A DNA stretch of 64,000 nt, taken from a virus. Its lineage: Duplodnaviria; Caudoviricetes. The notes beneath the pieces are model-generated. The model was not told the origin of the DNA. It searched no databases and was given only the letters and a program-made list of their open reading frames with translations. The translations under genes were made by a program, and so were the position numbers. Below are positions 1 through 8,738 of the stretch, one piece after another (the stretch's first letter is position 1; each line of letters opens with the position of its first letter). The stretch covers positions 1-64,000 of IMG/VR virus record IMGVR_UViG_3300024549_000205; one strand, written 5' to 3'.

Positions 1-5
1 AAACC

Positions 6-299
6 ATGGCAAAATTATTAGGAAACCGCATCTATTTAGAGATGCCAAAGAAAGAAGAGAGTAAGCTTATTGTAGATGAGAATACAAAAGAAGCTTTACA
101 AAAAGAACTACTTAAAAAAATGAGTAGATTGAAAGTGCACAGTGTAGGAACAGCTATTACAGATCCAGATCTTGTTATTGGTTGTGAAGTGTTAGTAGAT
201 CCTACAGCATTAAGAGATAAAACATTAATCATTCCTTTATCAGAGGATGAAGATGTTATGTTAGTTTCTATATTTGACATAGTCCATATATGGGATTAG
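6..299 (+). CDS. groES: GroES/Cpn10-like co-chaperonin
   Basis: 97 aa; LLGNRIYLE...VHSVGT...LVIGCEVLV...VMLVSIFDIVHI parallels the GroES pattern PLxDRVxV...VxAVG...VKVGDxV...LxxxExDILA. Confidence 0.75.
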   Translation: MAKLLGNRIYLEMPKKEESKLIVDENTKEALQKELLKKMSRLKVHSVGTAITDPDLVIGCEVLVDPTALRDKTLIIPLSEDEDVMLVSIFDIVHIWD

Positions 300-1009
300 T
301 TTCTTTTTCTAAATTTCTTAAAGAGTACAAGAAAAAATTTCCATCTTCTTCTATTAATATTTTAGAAGAAGTTGGAAATAATGTTATAATAGAAGATGAA
401 TTTGGAAAATGTAAAATAAGAAAACAACATTTACTAAACGGAATTACTCCATCTATAAATTCATCATTGGATAAAAATTATTATTTTAAAAATAAAGCTA
501 ATAAAATTCATAATTCTAAATACAATTACTCTTTAGTTGATTATATATCTGCAAATAAAAAAATAACAATTATATGTAACGTTCATGGAAAATTTAATCA
601 AGAAGCCAATTCTCACTTAAATGGAAGAGGATGTCCTATATGTAAAAAATTAAATATTTCAAATTATCATTCAAATAATCCTACAGGATGGACAAAATCT
701 AATTGGTATAAAAATAGTAAAACTTCTAAAAATTTTGAATCATTTAAACTTTATATTATAGAATGTTATAATGAAACAGAAAAATTTTATAAAATAGGAA
801 GAACTTTTGTACCTATTGGTTTAAGATTTAAAACTAAAAAAGAAATGCCTTATAATTACAATGTATTAAAAATTATTGAAGGAGACTCAGACACTATATA
901 TAATTTAGAAATAAAATTAAAAAACATGAATAAAAATAATAAATATATACCATTATTAAATTTTAATGGAAGCAAAGAATGTTTTAATAACATAATACAC
1001 ATTTACTAA
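290..1009 (+). CDS. Putative homing endonuclease (Zn-binding DUF723/CapR-like repeat plus GIY-YIG-like C-terminal domain)
   Basis: YNYSLVDY...KITIICNVHGKF.Q..NSHLNGRGCPIC module; LYIIE...FYKIGRT...LE...GSKECF; markedly more AT-rich than its neighbours. Confidence 0.7.
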   Translation: MGLVSFSKFLKEYKKKFPSSSINILEEVGNNVIIEDEFGKCKIRKQHLLNGITPSINSSLDKNYYFKNKANKIHNSKYNYSLVDYISANKKITIICNVHGKFNQEANSHLNGRGCPICKKLNISNYHSNNPTGWTKSNWYKNSKTSKNFESFKLYIIECYNETEKFYKIGRTFVPIGLRFKTKKEMPYNYNVLKIIEGDSDTIYNLEIKLKNMNKNNKYIPLLNFNGSKECFNNIIHIY

Positions 1010-1010
1010 T

Positions 1011-1775
1011 ATGGAAAATAAAAAATATCCTTTTATCAGTTGCAAATGCATCACTTATGGAAGAGTAGATACTCTTGAGGAAGCAATACAAAGCTTCCTC
1101 ATACAAGAGTATCCAGGTAAGAAAGAACTTATTATAGTTAATGATTATCCTCTTCAAAAATTGGTGTACGATCATCCAGAAATAAAAATTTATAATCTGG
1201 ATGAAACATTCTCTACTATAGGAGAAAAAGAAAACTATGCTATAGAGAGATGTTCTGGAGAATTAATTGCTGTATGGGATGATGATGATGTAGCTTTGTC
1301 TAATCATCTATCTAATATAGCTAAGTTTTGGAGACCAGATGCTAATCTATTACACTGGCAAAATGGTGTCTTTTATAATGAACCTAATATAACAGAATTG
1401 ATGGCTCTTGGTAACTCAGGTATTGTATATAGCAAGAAAGCTTGGGAAGAAATTGGTAAGAGTCCAATAGAGAACGCTGGTGGAGATATGACGTTAGTTG
1501 TAGCTATACATAACTTAGGAAGAGATAAAGTGGTATTAGCTGATCCTCCTAATGAAGAATGTTCTTGGTTTTATATGTGGGGCGGTAGAGGATATCATCA
1601 ATCAGGTATGGGAACAGACACTGCAGATAGACCTAATGTTATACAAAGACATAGTCAATATGTAGAACAATTAAGAAGAAAAGGACAGATCCCTACAGGA
1701 GATGTTCATCTCACTCCTCAATGGAATAAGAACTATGCACAAATGCTAAAAGACTACATCAATGCAAATAAATAG
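1011..1775 (+). CDS. GT-A fold glycosyltransferase (GT2-like)
   Basis: ISCKCITYGR...LEEAIQSFLIQEY...ELIIVND...IGEKENYAIE...GELIAVWDDDD. Confidence 0.85.
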   Translation: MENKKYPFISCKCITYGRVDTLEEAIQSFLIQEYPGKKELIIVNDYPLQKLVYDHPEIKIYNLDETFSTIGEKENYAIERCSGELIAVWDDDDVALSNHLSNIAKFWRPDANLLHWQNGVFYNEPNITELMALGNSGIVYSKKAWEEIGKSPIENAGGDMTLVVAIHNLGRDKVVLADPPNEECSWFYMWGGRGYHQSGMGTDTADRPNVIQRHSQYVEQLRRKGQIPTGDVHLTPQWNKNYAQMLKDYINANK

Positions 1776-2418
1776 TATATCAATAGATTCAACTAATTCT
1801 CTTACAGAATTATGTATGCTTGGTGTGAAGTATCCAACAGATAAATCTCCATACAACACTGATAAGAATCTACACAAACATGCATACACTGCTATATACA
1901 GTTTATTGTTCTCTAACATTAGATATAATAACATACGTGTAGGAGAACTAGGTATATTAGAAAATCATTCTATGCTTTCCTGGAGAGAATTCTTTCCTAA
2001 TGCTAAATTATATGGATTTGAATGGTTTGATAGTAGATTAGATAAAGCAATTAGTGATAACATTCCAAACTGCATTTATGCTAAAATGAACGTTACAAAT
2101 CCAAAATCTATTGAGGAAGGATTAACTGACGCAGGAAGTGAATTTGACATACTAATGGACGATAGTACACATGTATTTGAAGATCAGATTAAGTTTATCA
2201 ATGTAGCATATAGACATTTGAAACCTGGAGGATTTTTAATTGTAGAAGATATATTTATTGATGCTAATGAAGAAGATTATTCAAAAGCAATAAGTCATCT
2301 ATCAGATTATTTCTCTTCTGCTACATTCATATTTGCTAATCATGATTTGAAACATTCTCCTGGATGGAATAATGACAAACTACTTTTATTACATAGAAAC
2401 GATAAGCCATGTTCTTAA
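1762..2418 (+). CDS. SAM-dependent methyltransferase, MycE/TylE/ElmM-like sugar O-methyltransferase type
   Basis: TDK...HAYTAIYSLLF...ELGI...SMLSWREFFPNAKLYG...FDILMDDSTH...LKPGGFLIVEDI. Confidence 0.8.
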   Translation: MQINSISIDSTNSLTELCMLGVKYPTDKSPYNTDKNLHKHAYTAIYSLLFSNIRYNNIRVGELGILENHSMLSWREFFPNAKLYGFEWFDSRLDKAISDNIPNCIYAKMNVTNPKSIEEGLTDAGSEFDILMDDSTHVFEDQIKFINVAYRHLKPGGFLIVEDIFIDANEEDYSKAISHLSDYFSSATFIFANHDLKHSPGWNNDKLLLLHRNDKPCS

Positions 2419-2948
2419 ATATTATAACACCGTCTTGTAGACCAGAAAATCTACATGTTATTTCTAAGAGTATAAATATCCCTAGAGATCAATATAGATG
2501 GATAGTGGTATTTGATCTATTAGAAATGCCAGAAAACATTCCTGATAATTGTGAATGGTATGCTCTTAAAGATGCTAATAGTACATCAGGTAATGCTCAA
2601 AGAAACTTTGCTCTTGATTTAGTGACTCATGGACATATATATTTCAATGATGATGATACAGAGATGCATCCTGATCTATGGGACAATATAAAGAATGAAT
2701 CTGATGAAGACTTTATTTCTTTTAAACAAGCTAACAAAGATGGAACAATTAGACTAGAAGGAACTAATGTATCTGTAGGAAACATAGATAGTCACAATTT
2801 TGTAACATCTGTAAATTGTGTAGGAGATACACGATGGGTACTAAATAGATATGATGCTGATGGTGTGTTTGCACATGAATGTTACCAGAAAGCAAAAAAC
2901 AAATCATATATAAATAAAGTGCTATCAGTGTATAACACTCTTAGATAG
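2409..2948 (+). CDS. Minimal GT-A glycosyltransferase (GT43/GT2-like)
   Basis: IITPSCR...RWIVVFD...GNAQRNFALD...GHIYFNDDD; resembles the GT43 pattern TPT...WxxVED...QRNxAL...GxVYFADDDN. Confidence 0.7.
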   Translation: MFLNIITPSCRPENLHVISKSINIPRDQYRWIVVFDLLEMPENIPDNCEWYALKDANSTSGNAQRNFALDLVTHGHIYFNDDDTEMHPDLWDNIKNESDEDFISFKQANKDGTIRLEGTNVSVGNIDSHNFVTSVNCVGDTRWVLNRYDADGVFAHECYQKAKNKSYINKVLSVYNTLR

Positions 2949-2953
2949 AAAAC

Positions 2954-2983
2954 AAAAAAGCCTCCGTTATCTGGAGGCTTTAT
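2954..2983. terminator. Bidirectional Rho-independent terminator between convergent transcription units
   Basis: aaagcctcc-gttatct-ggaggcttt perfect 9-bp stem with A-run on the left and T-run on the right, between convergent genes. Confidence 0.85.
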
Positions 2984-3141
2984 TATTTTGATAATCTTTT
3001 AGCTTTCATAGGTTGTTGAGCACTTGTTCTCTTTCGAATAACATCTGCTTCTCTCATAAAATTTCCATTGATTGGTTTAGGAGGAGCGACCTTAGGAGCC
3101 ATTCTAGGCTTACCACTCTTCTTAGCTTTACCAGAAGTCAT
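2983..3141 (-). CDS. Small basic protein, 52 aa (not in the supplied ORF track)
   Basis: Translated by hand: MTSGKAKKSGKPRMAPKVAPPKPINGNFMREADVIRKRTSAQQPMKAKRLSK; fills the gap between the upstream gene and the terminator exactly. Confidence 0.7.
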   Translation of the reverse strand: MTSGKAKKSGKPRMAPKVAPPKPINGNFMREADVIRKRTSAQQPMKAKRLSK

Positions 3142-3145
3142 TGAT

Positions 3146-3541
3146 TTACTTGCAGCCATATTTGCATTTTTTCATTGATGTACCAGTTTTAGCTTTCTTA
3201 ACTGCAGCACCTTTCTTAGCTATAACACCACGTCCTTTAAGGATGTCAGCTTTTGTAATCTTTCCATCTTTATTAAGATCAGGAAATGATTTACCATTTT
3301 TAGCTTTGGTAACTTTACCACCATATTTTTTTTCTCCTATTTTTTTATGTTTATATTCACCTCCAAGAGATTTTTTAATTTTACCATAAACTCCAAGTGT
3401 AGAAAGCTGAAGAGCATCTTCACCAGCATTTTTAACATCTCGTAGTGTTAGGTTTCCAATTCTCTCAGAAACACTTTTAGGTTTTTTAGGAGTAGTAGTA
3501 GTTTTTTTAACTACAGGTTTTTTAGGTTTTGGTTGCATCAT
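3146..3541 (-). CDS. Small Lys-rich protein with AKxG/xxGG motifs and a Dx[DN]xDG loop; putative internal virion protein
   Basis: KKYGGKVTKAKNGKSFPDLNKDGKITKADIL...AKKG...AKTG; tight operon packing. Confidence 0.7.
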   Translation of the reverse strand: MMQPKPKKPVVKKTTTTPKKPKSVSERIGNLTLRDVKNAGEDALQLSTLGVYGKIKKSLGGEYKHKKIGEKKYGGKVTKAKNGKSFPDLNKDGKITKADILKGRGVIAKKGAAVKKAKTGTSMKKCKYGCK

Positions 3542-3543
3542 AA

Positions 3544-3690
3544 CTATTTCTTTTTAGATTTTATTTTACGTTCTTGTTTCAGCATTGCAGCTGTAGGTTT
3601 TTTACCAGATCCTTTATTAGCTCTAATGTTATCCCAAAGTCCTCTTTGAGAAGTAGAACCATCTGCACGTTTAATCATTTGTTTTTTCAT
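3544..3690 (-). CDS. Small basic protein, 48 aa (not in the supplied ORF track)
   Basis: Translated by hand: MKKQMIKRADGSTSQRGLWDNIRANKGSGKKPTAAMLKQERKIKSKKK; 2-nt gaps to both neighbours. Confidence 0.75.
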   Translation of the reverse strand: MKKQMIKRADGSTSQRGLWDNIRANKGSGKKPTAAMLKQERKIKSKKK

Positions 3691-3692
3691 AA

Positions 3693-4040
3693 TTAACAAT
3701 TCCATTTACGAAGAGCAAGAGCTTTTCTTGTAGGTTTACCATTGGGTTTTTTCATAGGACCTTTTACGCCACCCATTCTAGCACAAAAAGATTTTCTTCT
3801 ATTAGCTGCTTTACTTCCAGGTTTTAACTTAGAAGGTTTAGTTGTAACAGCCATTTTAAGTTTAGATCCAGGATTAGCTCTTCTGTAAGATGCCACTCCT
3901 TTTCTATTAAGACCACCTTTAGGATCTTTACCTTCTTTACGAGTCCAAGCTGGTGTACTACCACCATTTTTTAATGTACTTCCTTTGAACTCACCCTTCT
4001 TCTTAATAAGAGGACCATTTGGAACTTTAGTAATAGCCAT
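3693..4040 (-). CDS. Small basic phage protein (DUF6321-like)
   Basis: PAWTRKEGKDPKGGLNRKG...RRKSFCARM...ALRKWNC, a recurrent phage family recognised from memory. Confidence 0.7.
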   Translation of the reverse strand: MAITKVPNGPLIKKKGEFKGSTLKNGGSTPAWTRKEGKDPKGGLNRKGVASYRRANPGSKLKMAVTTKPSKLKPGSKAANRRKSFCARMGGVKGPMKKPNGKPTRKALALRKWNC

Positions 4041-4042
4041 GA

Positions 4043-4567
4043 TTATTTAGATTTACGTTTAGCAGCAATACTTTTAAAAGTTTTTGCCAAATTATAACGC
4101 TTAGATCCAGGTTTACACGTTGGTCCACCAAATTTAGCTCCTGTGCAAACACCTTTTGTACCACGCTTCTTAATAGAAGCTGCAGCTTTCTGCATCCATT
4201 TACCATCTTTAGCTATAGAGCCACCATTTTTCTTTTTACTCCAATCAGATTTAGATTGTTTAGAAGCTGCTTTACTTGTTCCACATCTTGTAGACTTAAA
4301 ATTAGGATCAGCTGTATCACAAGCAGGAACATCTTTTTGTTTATTTTGCTTTCTTTGAAACGCCTGATATTGCTCTTTAGTCATATTATCAGGTCTTTGT
4401 CTTGCAATAATAGAATCTTTCTTTCTTACAATCTCAGCTCTTTTAACTGCTGTAATGCTATCTAGTTTTCTTCTATTTTCTCTTGCTTCAATAAGTCTTT
4501 CAGCAGTAGTTTTCTTTTTAATAGTATCTACAGATGTACCTGTTTGAGCTTTCTTAATAGTTTTCAT
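4043..4567 (-). CDS. Basic protein with AQTG...KNGG motifs; putative internal virion protein
   Basis: 174 aa, Lys/Arg-rich; KKAQTG at the N-terminus, KKNGGSIAKDGKW near the C-terminus. Confidence 0.7.
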   Translation of the reverse strand: MKTIKKAQTGTSVDTIKKKTTAERLIEARENRRKLDSITAVKRAEIVRKKDSIIARQRPDNMTKEQYQAFQRKQNKQKDVPACDTADPNFKSTRCGTSKAASKQSKSDWSKKKNGGSIAKDGKWMQKAAASIKKRGTKGVCTGAKFGGPTCKPGSKRYNLAKTFKSIAAKRKSK

Positions 4568-4570
4568 GAC

Positions 4571-5164
4571 TTATTTCTTTTTAGCCACTTTACCACCTGT
4601 CTTCATTCTAGAAGCAGCACCTCTAGCACCCATAGCTCTATCAGCTCTCTTAACCATTCTCTTCTCAACTCTTTCAGCTCTTTCTGGATTATTTTCTTTG
4701 ATTCTAGAAAGTCTTTTTTGTTGTCTTGGATTTTCTTTAACAACTTTTGATCCTACAGAACCGCCATTTTGCATCTTTGTAGCACCAAGTTGTTTATCTT
4801 TGGTAAGAGAAGCTTTTCCTTTAGCACCAGCTAATGCTTTCTTTTGTACATCAATAAATGCACCTTTCTCAGAACCAACTCTTTTGTTAGAAGCTTTAAG
4901 TGCAGATAAAGAACCACCGTTCTTCATTTTCTTTTTTAAAGGAAATCCATTTTTATCATAACCAGGTTGTCCTTTTCTAGTCTGTCTAAGCATACTTCTA
5001 GTATCTTCATAAGAATCCTTCATTGCTTTTTCAGATAAATTTCTATCTCCATATTTAGCAGCAGAACGAGCTACTTTAGCATTAATATCTGCAGATTTTT
5101 TAAAATAAGCTGTACTATCTGCTGTCTTAGTACCATTTTGTGCTTTTTTAATCATTTTTGCCAT
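4571..5164 (-). CDS. Basic protein with four AQNG/MxxGG motifs; putative internal virion protein
   Basis: KKAQNG, MKNGG, MQNGG, MKTGG. Confidence 0.7.
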   Translation of the reverse strand: MAKMIKKAQNGTKTADSTAYFKKSADINAKVARSAAKYGDRNLSEKAMKDSYEDTRSMLRQTRKGQPGYDKNGFPLKKKMKNGGSLSALKASNKRVGSEKGAFIDVQKKALAGAKGKASLTKDKQLGATKMQNGGSVGSKVVKENPRQQKRLSRIKENNPERAERVEKRMVKRADRAMGARGAASRMKTGGKVAKKK

Positions 5165-5354
5165 AGCGTTTAAATGTTATATTGGGTTTTACAATAAGAT
5201 CTTTATGACAATATTGCCATAATTCTCCAGTTTGATTAATTATAATTGTATAGATGGTGTCTGTCTCATGACCATAATCGGTCACAAATAATATTGAGCC
5301 ATCTCCCTTTGGCGTTATAACATCTATTCTATTCTTTGGTTCATATATTCTCAT
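5148..5354 (-). CDS. Hypothetical protein (68 aa)
   Basis: ORF in operon orientation, overlaps the next gene start. Confidence 0.6.
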   Translation of the reverse strand: MRIYEPKNRIDVITPKGDGSILFVTDYGHETDTIYTIIINQTGELWQYCHKDLIVKPNITFKRYGKND

Positions 5355-5373
5355 AGAGAAGTGCTTTTGTTTG

Positions 5374-5404
5374 AAAACAGCTCTTATTCGTCACCCAAGA
5401 GCTA
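5374..5404 (-). terminator. Probable Rho-independent terminator
   Basis: Minus-strand RNA uagcucuug-ggugacgaa-uaagagcug followed by UUUU, directly after the stop of 5410..5661. Confidence 0.55.
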
Positions 5405-5409
5405 TATTA

Positions 5410-5661
5410 TTATTCTTTTACAACTTCCATTGTAGGAACTTGTGGTTCTTCCACTTCCTTAATGATATCAGATTCTACACCTTTAATCATTAATTCTTCA
5501 ATTGCCTGATTAGCTTGCATCATTAATTGAAACCTTGCAGCTTCTTCTGATGATAAATAAGCTCTAACTGTGTTTAAAAATAATCCAAACTGTTGTCCTG
5601 TTAATGTGAATGTGTCTTCAGGAGTCCATGTGTACCTTTTTGAAGGATCATACTGTGCCAT
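5410..5661 (-). CDS. Hypothetical protein (83 aa)
   Basis: ORF with its own upstream intergenic region and -7-like element. Confidence 0.7.
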   Translation of the reverse strand: MAQYDPSKRYTWTPEDTFTLTGQQFGLFLNTVRAYLSSEEAARFQLMMQANQAIEELMIKGVESDIIKEVEEPQVPTMEVVKE

Positions 5662-5705
5662 AATGTGTTGGTTTTAAAATTAGTTGTAAATGTAATAAAT
5701 CTTTT

Positions 5706-6092
5706 TTAATTATACACTTTAACGCTAATATAACTATCATTAGGTGTAGCAAAATTAATATGATTAATATCAGGAGTAAAAGTATTACTTGGCCTAGTTC
5801 TAGATGACCCTGTATCAATAACTACTTTATCTAAATCAGGAAAAGCTCCTGGTGAAGTAAATATTGTTGTTCCAGAAACTCCTGATGAAAAAACAGGAGT
5901 AATATCAAAAGTGTTATTAAGTACTAATGTAGGCTGTACCCCTTGACCTAAAGCTTGAAAATAAAACTCTTTATAAGGAAGTGGGGGTGGAATAGGAGGA
6001 ATAGCTGCTTCAACAAATTGAGTTAGATTTAATTCTCCTTTATACCCTAATTGTTTTTCGACCCAAAGGCCTGCTTTTATAAATATAGACAT
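5706..6092 (-). CDS. Putative virion decoration/fibre-tip protein
   Basis: N-terminal FIKxxLW...GYKGELNL shared with the upstream collagen-like gene; Pro linker; beta-rich C-terminus. Confidence 0.55.
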   Translation of the reverse strand: MSIFIKAGLWVEKQLGYKGELNLTQFVEAAIPPIPPPLPYKEFYFQALGQGVQPTLVLNNTFDITPVFSSGVSGTTIFTSPGAFPDLDKVVIDTGSSRTRPSNTFTPDINHINFATPNDSYISVKVYN

Positions 6093-6113
6093 GATGTTTG
6101 TTTTTTATATATA

Positions 6114-6121
6114 CAAATATA
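6114..6121 (-). promoter_or_regulatory. Bacteroidota sigma-A -7 element TATATTTG
   Basis: Matches TAnnTTTG, ~22 nt upstream of the ATG at 6092. Confidence 0.55.
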
Positions 6122-6122
6122 T

Positions 6123-7082
6123 TTAATATGTTTTGTTTAGTACAAAGATATCACTGTAAATGTTGTTTCCTGCGTTAGCAGATCCCCATTGAGCTGTAAC
6201 ATCTAATGTATTACTAACTGTTGTATTAAATGTTGTGTTATTCACTACATTAAAACCAAATCCTTGAACAGAAGCATTGTTAGTTTTTGTGTAATGAAAA
6301 GACCCTAATGATACAATAGAAGCTACACCAGCAGTTCCAATTTGTCTAATTGTAAAATCAACATTTAGACTCCACACATCATCTGTAACAGCACTTCCAA
6401 GATTTTGTACACCACTATCTAATAATGTAATGGCTCCTGCTTTAACTCTTATTCTAATAGTTTGATTATTTGCAGCATTCATGACACCACCAAAAACAGC
6501 TCTAAAACTATCCCCCACTTGAAATCCATTTGCAGGAACAGTTAATGTACCTACACCACCATTTATTAATGTGCTTTCAGTAATACCTGTTATAATTGTT
6601 GAGTTTCCTGTTTGAGCAAAAAGACTTCCTGAAGGACCAATAGGTCCTTGAATACCTTGTATCCCCTGAATACCCTGTTCTCCTTGAGGTCCCTGTATTC
6701 CTTGTATACCTTGTGGTCCTTGTAAATCTCCTACATCATCCCAAGTATTGGTTGCTGTGTTCCATACATATAATGAACCATCTGATTCTATAATCCATGC
6801 AGTACCTGGAAGACCAGGATCTCCACCAGCTCCTGCTAAGAATGCAGCAAGATCTGGATAAGAACCAAGCACTGTCAATGCAGCACCTGTTTCACCTTGT
6901 ATTCCTTGTGGACCTTCCACGCCTTGAATTCCTTGTATTCCTTGAATTCCTTGAGGGCCTTGTGGACCAACCACTGTACTAGCTAACTTCTTGATAAGTT
7001 CATCAAGATTCAATTCTCCTCTATATCCTTGTGCAGGATTGGTTCTAACTTCCCAAAGGGTAGGTTTAATGAATGTTGGCAT
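6123..7082 (-). CDS. Collagen-like fibre/spike protein
   Basis: Two (G-x-Q)n tracts ([10 protein letters not shown]) flanking a small globular insert, then a beta-rich C-terminal head. Confidence 0.8.
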   Translation of the reverse strand: MPTFIKPTLWEVRTNPAQGYRGELNLDELIKKLASTVVGPQGPQGIQGIQGIQGVEGPQGIQGETGAALTVLGSYPDLAAFLAGAGGDPGLPGTAWIIESDGSLYVWNTATNTWDDVGDLQGPQGIQGIQGPQGEQGIQGIQGIQGPIGPSGSLFAQTGNSTIITGITESTLINGGVGTLTVPANGFQVGDSFRAVFGGVMNAANNQTIRIRVKAGAITLLDSGVQNLGSAVTDDVWSLNVDFTIRQIGTAGVASIVSLGSFHYTKTNNASVQGFGFNVVNNTTFNTTVSNTLDVTAQWGSANAGNNIYSDIFVLNKTY

Positions 7083-7084
7083 AA

Positions 7085-7369
7085 TTATTCTAATGTTATT
7101 TCGAATGTTATTACACTCGTTGTTTTAATTGATTTACTCATATCTATTCTCATCTTAAACATGTTACAAAACTTAAGAATCTCTTCTATAAGCATATTGT
7201 TATACATTGGATGACTTGTTGCTATTCTGAATCTGTAAGACTCTGATAGTTTTGTTATTTCAAGACTACATAGTTCATCTACAGAAGAGATAACACCTTC
7301 TAAGTGTGCAAGAAAAACCTCATCGTTATCTTGCATCACTTTAGGAAAATGTTTTCTGTTTATCTCCAT
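7085..7369 (-). CDS. Hypothetical protein (94 aa)
   Basis: ORF abutting both neighbours. Confidence 0.65.
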   Translation of the reverse strand: MEINRKHFPKVMQDNDEVFLAHLEGVISSVDELCSLEITKLSESYRFRIATSHPMYNNMLIEEILKFCNMFKMRIDMSKSIKTTSVITFEITLE

Positions 7370-7783
7370 TTATGACAATGTTAATAAATATTTTGTTTTA
7401 GCTGCTTCTCCTGATAATGCATCTGCTAGATTACATACATCATGGAAACCATTCTTCTCACCATACATCTTTAAACTTGATGCAAACTTCATAAGATCTG
7501 ATACACATTGTTCAGGTTTGCAATTTGTAAGAGGTTCTATTTTATAAAGACCAGGTCTTTTACCTGTATACCCCATAATCTTTTCTACCACACCATCTTT
7601 GAAATCATGTACATAATCATACAATGCACCAAGAGCTTGATGCTCTGCATAACTGGTTGTTTGCCAATGTAACAAATGTAATTGCTCATGAAAATATGTA
7701 AGCTTTGCAGCTATAGATTCTAATGAAAGATCCATAACTGCTTTACTTGCCATATCGTTTGGAAATAATGATAACTCAGCCAT
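7370..7783 (-). CDS. Ferritin/Dps-like four-helix protein (DUF5856-like)
   Basis: QLHLLHWQTTSYAEHQALGALYD...DGVVE...G...KYLLTL. Confidence 0.75.
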   Translation of the reverse strand: MAELSLFPNDMASKAVMDLSLESIAAKLTYFHEQLHLLHWQTTSYAEHQALGALYDYVHDFKDGVVEKIMGYTGKRPGLYKIEPLTNCKPEQCVSDLMKFASSLKMYGEKNGFHDVCNLADALSGEAAKTKYLLTLS

Positions 7784-7785
7784 GA

Positions 7786-7995
7786 TTAAGGTGCTGGAGT
7801 TGTAGTTGTTGTAGTAGTTGGTGCCACAGTGGTAGTAGTGGTGGTAGTATAATTACAACACTCATATGCTGGAATCTCTTTCCATTTTCCTACTTTTGGC
7901 TTATTTTTTCTAAGGATTAAGCTTCCTGCAACTATTCGCCCTGAACCATCAAAGCGAACAAATGCTTTTAAAGGCCTTGCATTAATTGTACTCAT
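7786..7995 (-). CDS. Small protein with C-terminal poly-Thr tail; putative virion decoration
   Basis: ...YECCNYTTTTTTTVAPTTTTTTTPAP. Confidence 0.75.
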   Translation of the reverse strand: MSTINARPLKAFVRFDGSGRIVAGSLILRKNKPKVGKWKEIPAYECCNYTTTTTTTVAPTTTTTTTPAP

Positions 7996-8022
7996 TTTAT
8001 TAAATTTTATTTGTTAATATTA

Positions 8023-8737
8023 TTAAACTAATTCGACATATGACCATATAAAATTATTATTAGGTCTTTTTTCTTGTCTGCACCACTCACCTATGCTTAT
8101 AGGTGATACATTTTCTTTTGTTCCTGCTTCTTGCAAACAAGAATAAGTAACTAAAAGTACTCTGTCTTTATTATATTTATACACTTTCTTTTTTCTAGGA
8201 TTAACCCATCCTCTATCTTTTCTTTCTTTATTCTTTAAAGATATAATTTGTTTTGTTTCATCACTATGTTTTCTGCCTTTATTTGTAGAAACTCTTCCTA
8301 AATGAGCATTTGATAATTTTTGCAAATGTTCATCTGTATATATATATATTTGTTTTACCTTTATTCCAAGGAGCTCGTCCATTAGGTCCTTTTCCACCAT
8401 CTGTACCATTCAATACAATATAATTTTTTTCAATATACTCAGAAATTATCTCTTTTTCTTTTAAAAAAGCTTCTTCTTCCGTTAAGTTACTTTCAATAAC
8501 TTTAAACATAACCTTTAATTTCTTTTCTTCTATAACATCGTTCATCCACATATATAATGGAAAATCTTTATATCTTTTATAAGTTCTACTTATAGAATGT
8601 TTATACGCTCTTTGATTATGATCAGAAGTAACACCTATGTAAATGTTTTTATCAGTTTCATCTTCAGAGTATATTATATAAATACAATATGGTTTATCTG
8701 GATAATTAAGATTTACTAAACCATTATATTCTTTCAT
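8023..8737 (-). pseudogene. GIY-YIG homing endonuclease with NUMOD3/NUMOD1-like DNA-binding repeats, frameshifted at a (TA)6 run
   Basis: YCIYII...IYIGVT...LNGTDGGKG...PWNKG in 8330..8737; GRKHSDETK and KKVYKY...YSCLQEA in 8023..8409; the frames switch at the TA repeat 8337-8348. Confidence 0.75.
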
Positions 8738-8738
8738 G

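Noticed and set aside
5401-5410. gctatattat, the reverse complement of the ataatatagc promoter box
   Set aside because: Opposite orientation, overlaps a terminator stem and a stop codon; likely chance in AT-rich DNA.
6630-6970. 9-bp tandem repeats (ccttgtatt/ccttgaatt)
   Set aside because: They simply encode collagen G-I-Q triplets.
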